Origin: Bacteroidales bacterium
GTDB lineage: Bacteria > Bacteroidota > Bacteroidia > Bacteroidales > UBA12077
Assembly: GCA_028282585.1 (NCBI GenBank)
Contig: JANQHR010000042.1
Span: 1 to 46,106, forward strand
Direction of reading: 5' to 3'
DNA: 46,106 nucleotides
Of the stretch, positions 38,232 to 46,106 are shown piece after piece. The number at the start of each line of letters is the position of its first letter. Position 1 is the first letter of the stretch. The notes beneath the pieces were generated by a model. The model had not been told where the DNA came from, searched no databases, and saw only the letters and a program-made list of their open reading frames with translations. The position numbers and the translations under genes were made by a program.

Positions 38232-39974
38232 CTACCCACCTAATACTTTTTTTATGGTATTAACTCCTTTGGCTCCTAATACTTGTTTCGCCATATTTTT
38301 AGCTTTTCCTTTAACATCTGCTTCAATATTCATGATTTTTTCCAATGCTTTGCTTTCGTCCTCACTATTGGTAAAAACTTCAAAAAGCATTGGTTTGTCA
38401 GTGATTTCTGGATATAGAAAACGCTGATAAATCTTTTCAAACTCTTCTTTAGTGGATGCACTTAAGTATTCAAATCCCAGATCTTGTGCATAATGCTTAA
38501 CAAGTGTTTTTGATTTGTTACCAAAATGCCCTGCGGCAGCGATAAACTCATTTGCACTTTCACGATGTTGAGATGCAACATGGTTATAATGCCTAAATTC
38601 CGTTCCTATTCCATTGTTAACTAACAGGATACGTAAATTTTTGCTAACATGACGATTTCCTAAAACATTCATGTCGTAAAAAAAAGATAAATCACCAATA
38701 ATACCAAAATAAAGTTTATTCTTATTCATTAATGAAGCACCAACTATAGCTGAAACATTTCCGTCAATTCCAAAACCACCTACATTTGATGAAGAAGTAA
38801 CAGAATTAGGTAATTCAAAAAAGTTCCATGAACGCAGGCTGTTTAATATGCCGAAATGAATAGTTGAACCATCAGGTATTTGCTGAGCCAGTTTTGAAGC
38901 TATCCAGAAATTAGAAAATGGCAATTCTGGCAATTTGTTATAAAGTGTTTTCAAATGGTTCTTGCAGGTATCTAGATAATCTGTAGATTTTTCTGAATTA
39001 GAGTTTATGTAATTTTCAAAAAACAAATCTTCCGGCATTTCAAAAATATGTGTCAGTTTCCTAAATGTATCGCGTATTTCACCATCCTCACTAACCCGCC
39101 AAACCTGTTTTCCTGCTATTTTTAGACTATAATAATCACCAGAAATTTCCCCAATATGAATGAGTAAATCGGGGCGGTTTGAGGAGATATTAGATGAATT
39201 TTGACTTGCTGCAAGCGCATATAATACCCTGTATTTTCCTTTATAACTACTTGTGTGGTCACAAAATGCAACAGCATTATTTGATGCACAGAATCTATCA
39301 ATAGCTTCTGTTAGTTTTTGTGTCATTTCTGTGTGTGACCCCACAAATATTGCAACTTTTTCTTTTGGCATTTCAGGAAACTTATTGAAATGTTTTATTC
39401 GTTGAATAATACGGGTTTTCGGCAATTCTTTTGTTCCAAAATCTCTACTGCTTGTTGTGGGTAGATTAATATGAACCGGACCTCCTCCATTCCTTGTTAA
39501 CTCAAGTATGGCTTTATTAACTTTTATTTCGCAATCCCAAAAATCATCATCATTTTTTATAATGGGTAGTGTTATACTAAATTTTAATGCGTCTATTGGA
39601 GGTGAACTGCGATCTATGATCTGAGCGATATGATGTCCAACTTTGGAGATATCAGGTGTAGAAGTAATTGCAAGAACCGGCAACTTTCTGTAATACGCTT
39701 CAGTTAGACCTGATAAATAATTCCGAGAAGCAGTAGCACCGGTACAACTTATTACTACTGGCTCTCCTGATTCAGATGCTAAACCACAAGCCAAATATGC
39801 TGCCGACCGTTCATCAACAGAAGAGTACATCTCAAAATACGAATCATTTTGCATGCTGACAACAAGTGACATATTTTGCGTTCCAGGTGATGCAATAACC
39901 TTTCTTATTCCATGTGCTTTAAGGATTGCCAGAATTATCTGAACATTCTTTTCGCTAGTATAGTACTTATTCAT
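38232..39974 (-). CDS. menD: MenD-like thiamine-diphosphate-dependent enzyme
   Basis: IASPG, VDERSAAY.A.GLA, CTGATA, EAYY, GPVHINLP, GGFGIDG, ThDP motif GDLSFFYDMN...NNG. Confidence 0.8.
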   Translation of the reverse strand: MNKYYTSEKNVQIILAILKAHGIRKVIASPGTQNMSLVVSMQNDSYFEMYSSVDERSAAYLACGLASESGEPVVISCTGATASRNYLSGLTEAYYRKLPVLAITSTPDISKVGHHIAQIIDRSSPPIDALKFSITLPIIKNDDDFWDCEIKVNKAILELTRNGGGPVHINLPTTSSRDFGTKELPKTRIIQRIKHFNKFPEMPKEKVAIFVGSHTEMTQKLTEAIDRFCASNNAVAFCDHTSSYKGKYRVLYALAASQNSSNISSNRPDLLIHIGEISGDYYSLKIAGKQVWRVSEDGEIRDTFRKLTHIFEMPEDLFFENYINSNSEKSTDYLDTCKNHLKTLYNKLPELPFSNFWIASKLAQQIPDGSTIHFGILNSLRSWNFFELPNSVTSSSNVGGFGIDGNVSAIVGASLMNKNKLYFGIIGDLSFFYDMNVLGNRHVSKNLRILLVNNGIGTEFRHYNHVASQHRESANEFIAAAGHFGNKSKTLVKHYAQDLGFEYLSASTKEEFEKIYQRFLYPEITDKPMLFEVFTNSEDESKALEKIMNIEADVKGKAKNMAKQVLGAKGVNTIKKVLGG

Positions 39975-41062
39975 TTTACAATGTTTGTTAATTTATCTAT
40001 TGCTTTTGATGGAAAATATCTATATAGAAGATATACTATTTTCGGCTTCACACCAATAATTTCTCTCAATAATGTTTTTTCATTAGTCTGCTTATCTTTT
40101 AATGCTTCAAATTTCCAGTTTATTTTTTTGAATTTTGGATTATTAATAATATGTCTTATACACTTTTTTAAACCCACCTCAATTGTGGTAAAACAATTAA
40201 TATCGATAATATTACCAATTTTTGAATTGTCAAATTGTCTGTTAAATAATCTATCATATTTAATCTGATATTTTGATGGATGCAATTCAAAGAATTTTTC
40301 CATGTTTTGTAATAAAACTTTAGGTCTAAAACCTAAATTTTCTTCAATAGTAGCTAAATAAATATCTTTAATTTTTTCCCATGTAAAGCATTCTTTTGAT
40401 GTAATATGAAAAATATTCCCAAATGCTTGTTGATTTCCAATGAGAGTCATTATCGCTCTTGAAACATCCAAGCCATAAGTCATTGTTGTTAATTTTGATG
40501 CTATTTCTTTTGAGAAAACAATCGTTCTTCCTTGTAAAGCCCTATATAACCATTCTTCCTTTTCTAAAACCCCAAGTTGCAAACGTTCTTCACTATATGT
40601 AATATATGGTCGAATGATAGTCCAATTACTTTTCCCAGAATTAATTAATATATCTTCTTGTTTGGCTTTGTTCAGTGCATATTCATCGGTTGAAAGATAT
40701 TCTGTATCCTGCGAAACATCTAATAAACGAGAAGATTTTTCTGTAATTGGTAGATGAGAATTAGCATATACACGCGCTGAACTTAGAAAAAAATATTGCG
40801 AGGTTGAAGCTAATAAAAGGTTAAACCGCTTTCTAAAATCTTCTGTTTTATAAACCATAAAATCAACTACAACATCCCAATGTTCGTCTAAAACTTTTTC
40901 CAGAAAAATTAAATCTTTTGCATTACCTTGTATATAGTGTAAATTTTTTCCTGATGTTCTATAACTGCGGGTGGTTACAAACGTGTCAATATCATTCTGG
41001 ATGAGATTATTCACTAAATGTGTTCCCATTGCACCAGTACCACCTAATATTAAAATCCTCAT
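39971..41062 (-). CDS. Atypical NAD-dependent epimerase/dehydratase (SDR)
   Basis: Likely start MRILILGGTGAMG at 41062; SSARVY, YALNK, IIRPYITY; stop overlaps the MenD-like start (ATGA). Confidence 0.82.
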   Translation of the reverse strand: MRILILGGTGAMGTHLVNNLIQNDIDTFVTTRSYRTSGKNLHYIQGNAKDLIFLEKVLDEHWDVVVDFMVYKTEDFRKRFNLLLASTSQYFFLSSARVYANSHLPITEKSSRLLDVSQDTEYLSTDEYALNKAKQEDILINSGKSNWTIIRPYITYSEERLQLGVLEKEEWLYRALQGRTIVFSKEIASKLTTMTYGLDVSRAIMTLIGNQQAFGNIFHITSKECFTWEKIKDIYLATIEENLGFRPKVLLQNMEKFFELHPSKYQIKYDRLFNRQFDNSKIGNIIDINCFTTIEVGLKKCIRHIINNPKFKKINWKFEALKDKQTNEKTLLREIIGVKPKIVYLLYRYFPSKAIDKLTNIVK

Positions 41063-41097
41063 AATTCTATAAATTATCAAAAGCAAATTAATTAGCA

Positions 41098-42549
41098 CTA
41101 TGCTTTATTGATGTATTGTTTTATTCCCATTTGAATTATATTTCTATTTTCTCTTTTACTTAAAAACATTAAGCCAAATGTTATACATGATATTACTAAT
41201 TTTAAGGCTAAATTATAAAATATATTATTTGTTTCATATTTTGAGTAAAACCAAAGAGGTCCTGCCATTGTTAAACTTATCATTAAAGGGAATAAAAATA
41301 TCTTCAAAAAATTAAAAAAAGATTTATTTAATGCAATATGAATGAGCATGTAAAAAACAATAAAAAAGTTTAAACAAAAAGCTACAAGCAATCCATATCC
41401 TACAGCTTCAAGGGTTTTACCAATAAATACTCCATAGGAAATACCACTTAACAATAAGGTAGCACCTATTAATCCATAATAAAAAAGTAAATGGGTTCTA
41501 TTTATAGCAAGAAAGACAGAGCTTGCACTTGCATAAATCATTTGAATACCAATCATAAGAGCAATAATTTTAAATACAGGAATACTTTGATTCCATTGGG
41601 GACCATAAACAATATTTATAATTTCGTAAGCTGAAAAAAACAGAAAAATTGAAACAGGGAAACCAATAGTAGCTAAGATTTTCACAACTTTTAAATAAGT
41701 ATTGTAAACCACTTCTTTGTCATCCTGATATTTGGAAAGAACCGGCATTAATACAGGTGTAATTACATGAGTGAGATGTTGAACTGGCAACATCATAAGG
41801 CGATATGATTTATCGTAAAAACCCAATTGAGCTGAACCTAAAAACTTTCCAATCAATAAATTATCTCCATTGCGTGAAAAATAATTAATTAAGTTGAACA
41901 GAAAATTGAATGATGAAAAGCGAATGATTTTATTAATAGATTCTTTTTTTATTATTAATGCAATTTTTATTGGTGCCCAATAGTAAAAAATTATCAAAGT
42001 GAATAATCCATTCAGAATACTTTGGACCACTAATGCATAATAACTAAAGCCCCTATAAGCTAATATTATAGCTATTATTCCACATGTAACCTGAACAATT
42101 ATTGTTAAAATACCAATTTGCTTAAATTTCAGGGCTTTTTGAAATATCGCCTTAGGGATGATTTGTAAAGAATTGAATAATACGGATAATGCAAGCCATT
42201 TTGAAATATTAGTTAGTTCAGATTCATTGTAAAACCTTGCAATAAATGGCGCAGCGAAGAAGAACAAGCCAGCCAGTAAAAATCCCAACAAAATTGAAAA
42301 TGAAAAGATAGATTGAACATCATCATCTGTTAGTGATTGATTTTGCACTACGGCCTGTCCAATTCCAAAATTACTCAATAAGTTGAAAAAAGTTACAAAA
42401 ACAGTTACTAACGCCACAATTCCAAACTCTTCAGGCGATAGGAGCCTTGCTAATACAGCTCCAATAAAAATAGAAAAGAATATACCACTATATCTAGCAA
42501 GGGCTGTATATAAAATACCTGAACCTAGTGATTTATTAATTGATGTCAT
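41098..42549 (-). CDS. wzx: Flippase Wzx (WzxC-like, module A)
   Basis: LARLLSPEEFG, NYFSRNGDNLLIGKFLG...LGFY, polytopic. Confidence 0.88.
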   Translation of the reverse strand: MTSINKSLGSGILYTALARYSGIFFSIFIGAVLARLLSPEEFGIVALVTVFVTFFNLLSNFGIGQAVVQNQSLTDDDVQSIFSFSILLGFLLAGLFFFAAPFIARFYNESELTNISKWLALSVLFNSLQIIPKAIFQKALKFKQIGILTIIVQVTCGIIAIILAYRGFSYYALVVQSILNGLFTLIIFYYWAPIKIALIIKKESINKIIRFSSFNFLFNLINYFSRNGDNLLIGKFLGSAQLGFYDKSYRLMMLPVQHLTHVITPVLMPVLSKYQDDKEVVYNTYLKVVKILATIGFPVSIFLFFSAYEIINIVYGPQWNQSIPVFKIIALMIGIQMIYASASSVFLAINRTHLLFYYGLIGATLLLSGISYGVFIGKTLEAVGYGLLVAFCLNFFIVFYMLIHIALNKSFFNFLKIFLFPLMISLTMAGPLWFYSKYETNNIFYNLALKLVISCITFGLMFLSKRENRNIIQMGIKQYINKA

Positions 42550-42561
42550 TTATAAAATTTG

Positions 42562-43569
42562 TTATTTCAAATTTTCCCAGTACCACTCACAAGCTTTTTC
42601 CAATCCTTTTCTTATATCAAACTCAGGGTTATATCCTAAAATAGATTTTCCTTTTTCAATATTTGCTAAGGAGTGAGGTATATCACCTTTTCTTTTAAGA
42701 CCATGAATAATCTCTATATTAGATATTTGAGAATCATATTTTGACAATTTGTCTTTTAATATTTGTGCTAATTCATTTAAATTAGTCTGTTGTCCATACG
42801 CAACGTTAAAAACACTTTCACATTTTTTATTAACTGACAATATCTTATCATAAGAAACTAGTGCTGCTAATTGATTGGCTTGAATCACATTAACAATATA
42901 CGTAAAATCACGTGAATATTTGCCATCTCCATTAATTGTTGGGCTTTCATAATTCATTAGCTGCATTACAAATTTTGGAATAACTGCAGCATACGCACCA
43001 CTAGGATCTTGATAACGACCAAAAACATTGAAGTACCTTAAGCCAATTGTTTCTATTCCATAAATATCATAAAAATTCTTGGCATATACTTCATTTGTAT
43101 ATTTTGTTATCGCATAAGGAGATAATGGATTACCTATAATATGTTCAACTTTAGGCATATTAAATGAGTCTCCATAAGTAGAACTACTAGCAGCATAAAC
43201 AAAACGTTTAACATCTGCTTCTTTAGAAGCAAAAAGCATTTTTACAAACCCACCAATATTTACATCTGTTGATGTCATAGGATCTTTTATAGAACGTGGC
43301 ACGGAACCTAAAGCTGCCTGATGAAATACAAAGTCAACATCTTTAACAGCTTTTAAACAATCTTCATAGTTTCTAATATCACCTTCAATTAATTCAAAAG
43401 ATGGATTCTTAATAAAGCTTTTAATATTTTTTCTTTTCCCAGTTGAAAAATTATCTAAGCAAACAACTTGATTATTATTTTTTAAAAATTCTTCACACAA
43501 GTTGGAGCCGATAAAACCGGCTCCTCCTGTTACTAAAACTTTCTTATCTTTTACTATCCTATCTTCCAT
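42562..43569 (-). CDS. wbpP: UDP-GlcNAc/GlcNAcA 4-epimerase (WbpP/TviC-like)
   Basis: VTGGAGFIGSNL, HQAALGSVPRSI, AASSSTYGD, PLSPYAITK, LRYFNVFG, YAAVIPKF. Confidence 0.85.
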   Translation of the reverse strand: MEDRIVKDKKVLVTGGAGFIGSNLCEEFLKNNNQVVCLDNFSTGKRKNIKSFIKNPSFELIEGDIRNYEDCLKAVKDVDFVFHQAALGSVPRSIKDPMTSTDVNIGGFVKMLFASKEADVKRFVYAASSSTYGDSFNMPKVEHIIGNPLSPYAITKYTNEVYAKNFYDIYGIETIGLRYFNVFGRYQDPSGAYAAVIPKFVMQLMNYESPTINGDGKYSRDFTYIVNVIQANQLAALVSYDKILSVNKKCESVFNVAYGQQTNLNELAQILKDKLSKYDSQISNIEIIHGLKRKGDIPHSLANIEKGKSILGYNPEFDIRKGLEKACEWYWENLK

Positions 43570-43575
43570 AAGACA

Positions 43576-44865
43576 TTATAAACTCCAGTAATCCAATCTA
43601 TTTATTTTATCTCTAAAAATTCCCTTTATATCCACAAATAAAGCATTGTCTGAAGTAAGAGACTCAAAATAATTCTCATCTAAATTTAAATATTTGTCAT
43701 GACTTACTGCTACAATAACAACATCATAATCATTTGAAAGATTTTTAGTCATTTCAAATTGATATTCTTCTTTTATTTCTTCTGGATCTGCATATGGGTC
43801 TACAACATCAACTTTAACACCGTATGAAAGTAATTCCCTATATACATCTACTACCTTTGAATTACGAATATCACTTACATCTTCTTTAAACGTAATACCC
43901 ATAATTAAAACTTTCGAATTTTGAATATGTTTTCCAGCTTTAACTAATTTTTTAACTATTTGTTTAGCTACATATCCTCCCATTGAGTCATTGATAAAAC
44001 GGCCTGAATTAATCATTTGAGCATGATAACCTAACTGTTTTGCCTTATGTGTAAGATAATAAGGATCAACACCAATACAGTGCCCTCCAACTAATCCTGG
44101 GAAGAATTTAAGGAAATTCCATTTTGTTCCTGCAGCTTCTAACACCTCAAATGTATTAATATCCATTCTATTAAAAATAATAGAAAGTTCATTCATAAAA
44201 GCAATATTAATATCTCTTTGAGTATTTTCAATAATTTTAGATGCTTCTGCTACTTTAATTGAACTTGCCCTATGCACGCCAGCTTTAACTACCAACTCAT
44301 ATACTTTTGCTATATTTTCTGCAGATTCTTCATCACAACCAGATGATACTTTAACAATTGTAGTTAGAGTATTCACTTTATCTCCAGGATTTATTCTTTC
44401 AGGCGAAAATCCAACTTTAAACTGGTTTATATATTTTAAACCTGATTCTTTTTCAAGTACAGGAACGCAGTCTTCTTCTGTGGCACCAGGATACACTGTT
44501 GATTCATAAACTATGTAATCTCCCTCTTTCATTACCTTACCAACCGTTTCCGACGCCTTAATAACTGGGCCCATATCAGGTAAATTATGATCATCTATTG
44601 GAGTAGGAACTGCAATTATATAAAAATCCACTTCTCTTAAATCTTCTATATTCGCAGTAAATTTTATATCGCATCCCTCAAATGCTTCAGATTCTAATTC
44701 TCTACTTGGATCGATTTTATTTCTCATCATCTCTATTCTATCTTCCTTAATATCAAATCCAATAACAGGCATTTTTTTTGCAAATTCAAGTGCTATTGGT
44801 AGCCCAACATACCCCAAACCAATTACTGCTAATTTTGCTTCATTATTAACTAATTTATTATACAT
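43576..44865 (-). CDS. tviB: UDP-HexNAc 6-dehydrogenase (TviB/WbpO-like)
   Basis: GLGYVGLP, YESTVYPG, SPERINPGD, KIIENTQRD, PGLVGGHCIGVDPYYL. Confidence 0.85.
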   Translation of the reverse strand: MYNKLVNNEAKLAVIGLGYVGLPIALEFAKKMPVIGFDIKEDRIEMMRNKIDPSRELESEAFEGCDIKFTANIEDLREVDFYIIAVPTPIDDHNLPDMGPVIKASETVGKVMKEGDYIVYESTVYPGATEEDCVPVLEKESGLKYINQFKVGFSPERINPGDKVNTLTTIVKVSSGCDEESAENIAKVYELVVKAGVHRASSIKVAEASKIIENTQRDINIAFMNELSIIFNRMDINTFEVLEAAGTKWNFLKFFPGLVGGHCIGVDPYYLTHKAKQLGYHAQMINSGRFINDSMGGYVAKQIVKKLVKAGKHIQNSKVLIMGITFKEDVSDIRNSKVVDVYRELLSYGVKVDVVDPYADPEEIKEEYQFEMTKNLSNDYDVVIVAVSHDKYLNLDENYFESLTSDNALFVDIKGIFRDKINRLDYWSL

Positions 44866-44873
44866 AATTTTAA

Positions 44874-45965
44874 TTATTTTATATGCTTTTTAAATACTTT
44901 CTCAATTCCAGTTTGTAAATCAATTTTTTCCTTCCACCTTAAATTATTTAATTTAGATACATCTAATAATTTTTGTGGTGTACCATTCGGTTTGTTTTCA
45001 TCCCAAATTACTTCACCTGCATATCCTACTATTTTTTGAACTAACTCTGCCAGCTCCTTAATTGAAATGTCTTTCCCTGTTCCGATATTGATATGAGTAT
45101 TCCTTACTTCCTTTTTATCTGCTTTTAAATCTGCGAAGTTAGTATTTTCCATTAAAAATACACAAGCATCTGCTAAATCATCTGAATAGAGGAATTCGCG
45201 GCGGGGAGATCCAGTGCCCCATAGTGTGATACTAGCTGTTAGCTGTTGACCGTTAGCTTTTAGCTCTAATCCATATTTTTTCAGTATTTCCAAAATGATA
45301 TTTTCACCGGCATTGCCATCAATTCCTTCGATTGGAAGTTTGTTTAGATCAATTCTGATTCCATCCCAATCATTATTCATCAAACATTTTCCCAGATGCA
45401 TTTTGCGGATGATGGCTGGTAAAACATGCGATTTTTCTAAATCATAATTATCATTGGGGCCATATAAATTGGTTGGCATCACAGAAATAAAGTTTGTACC
45501 ATATTGTAAATTGTAGGATTCACACATTTTTATTCCAGCTATTTTCGCAACAGCATATGGTTCGTTGGTATATTCCAAAGTATCTGTTAACAGGTATTCC
45601 TCTTTCATGGGCTGAGGACAATTCTTTGGGTAAATGCAAGAAGAGCCCAGAAAAAGAAGTTTTTTTACTCCGTATTTATAACTAAAATGAATGATATTAT
45701 TCTGTATCTGAAGGTTATCATATATAAACTCAGCTCTATAAGTATTATTGGCAACTATTCCGCCTACCTTAGCAGCTGCTAAAAAAACGTATTCGGGTTT
45801 TTTAGTGGAAAAAAAATCTTCTACTTGTTGTTGGTTTCGTAAATCATATGCCGGAAAGGAAGTAAAAACAAAATTTGAAAATCCTTTTGATTCCAATCTT
45901 CGTAAAATTGAACTGCCAACTAATCCTGTATGTCCAGCAATGTATATTTTTGAATCTTTTTTCAT
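44874..45965 (-). CDS. fcl: GDP-L-fucose synthase
   Basis: [61 protein letters not shown]. Confidence 0.95.
   Translation of the reverse strand: MKKDSKIYIAGHTGLVGSSILRRLESKGFSNFVFTSFPAYDLRNQQQVEDFFSTKKPEYVFLAAAKVGGIVANNTYRAEFIYDNLQIQNNIIHFSYKYGVKKLLFLGSSCIYPKNCPQPMKEEYLLTDTLEYTNEPYAVAKIAGIKMCESYNLQYGTNFISVMPTNLYGPNDNYDLEKSHVLPAIIRKMHLGKCLMNNDWDGIRIDLNKLPIEGIDGNAGENIILEILKKYGLELKANGQQLTASITLWGTGSPRREFLYSDDLADACVFLMENTNFADLKADKKEVRNTHINIGTGKDISIKELAELVQKIVGYAGEVIWDENKPNGTPQKLLDVSKLNNLRWKEKIDLQTGIEKVFKKHIK
45233..45267 (+). repeat. Five-copy 7-bp tandem array inside fcl
   Basis: TAGCTGT TAGCTGT TGACCGT TAGCTTT TAGCTCT. Confidence 0.85.
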
Positions 45966-45976
45966 TTTCTTTTTAG

Positions 45977-46065
45977 GTTCACAAAGTTGCTCAAATTATT
46001 CCACTAAGTTTCACAACGATTTACTTTGTGAGACTTTGCGATTACTTCGTAAAACTCTGTGTAAC
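45977..46065. repeat. Long imperfect inverted repeat built from CACAAAG-like units
   Basis: Left arm CACAAAGTTG CTCAAATTATTC CACTAAGTTT CACAACG; right arm reverse complement CACAGAGTTT TACGAAGTAAT CGCAAAGTCT CACAAAG; 5-nt spacer. Confidence 0.7.
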
Positions 46066-46106
46066 TCTTTTTTTTATCTCAACATAACTTATAAAATAAG
46101 TCGTTT

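Noticed and set aside
38232-39974. Menaquinone biosynthesis operon
   Set aside because: No other men genes are present and the context is purely glycan biosynthesis
42812-42870. Short insertion in the WbpP-like epimerase as another heptamer scar
   Set aside because: No periodicity is visible in the DNA
355-45685. Short ORFs antisense to or overlapping real genes (e.g. 355, 1903, 4440, 9654, 10003, 13591, 16769, 39912, 42383, 45494)
   Set aside because: They lie inside well-supported genes on the other strand or frame and show no recognisable motifs

Overview
AT-rich Bacteroidota-type DNA (TAnnTTTG -7 promoter boxes, A-rich start contexts without Shine-Dalgarno, TonB-dependent receptor, DUF4301). 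The left ~15 kb is housekeeping: M23 peptidase, TonB-dependent receptor, yjbQ, iorAB, hflKC, nucleoside phosphorylase, SirB1/transglutaminase-like gene and a Wzz-like gene. Two four-helix-bundle (23S rRNA IVP/Avd-like) genes interrupt it, one a nonsense pseudogene missed by the ORF track, and each is bracketed by inverted arrays of 7-bp repeats. The right ~31 kb is a minus-strand surface-polysaccharide region made of two modules, each with its own Wzx, Wzy and initiating transferase. The modules are separated by an opposite-strand tandem carbohydrate-binding-domain gene and an IS5-family element nested in an older relative. Most notable: (1) repeat-flanked four-helix-bundle cassettes, plus an orphan heptamer array in frame inside fcl and a long repeat-built inverted repeat upstream of fcl; (2) a MenD-like ThDP enzyme coupled to an SDR and next to a pyruvyl-transferase-family gene in the glycan cluster with no other men genes; (3) an unannotated Tyr-Tyr-Tyr leader ORF upstream of iorAB. 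All family calls come from motif recognition by eye; no database search was run.
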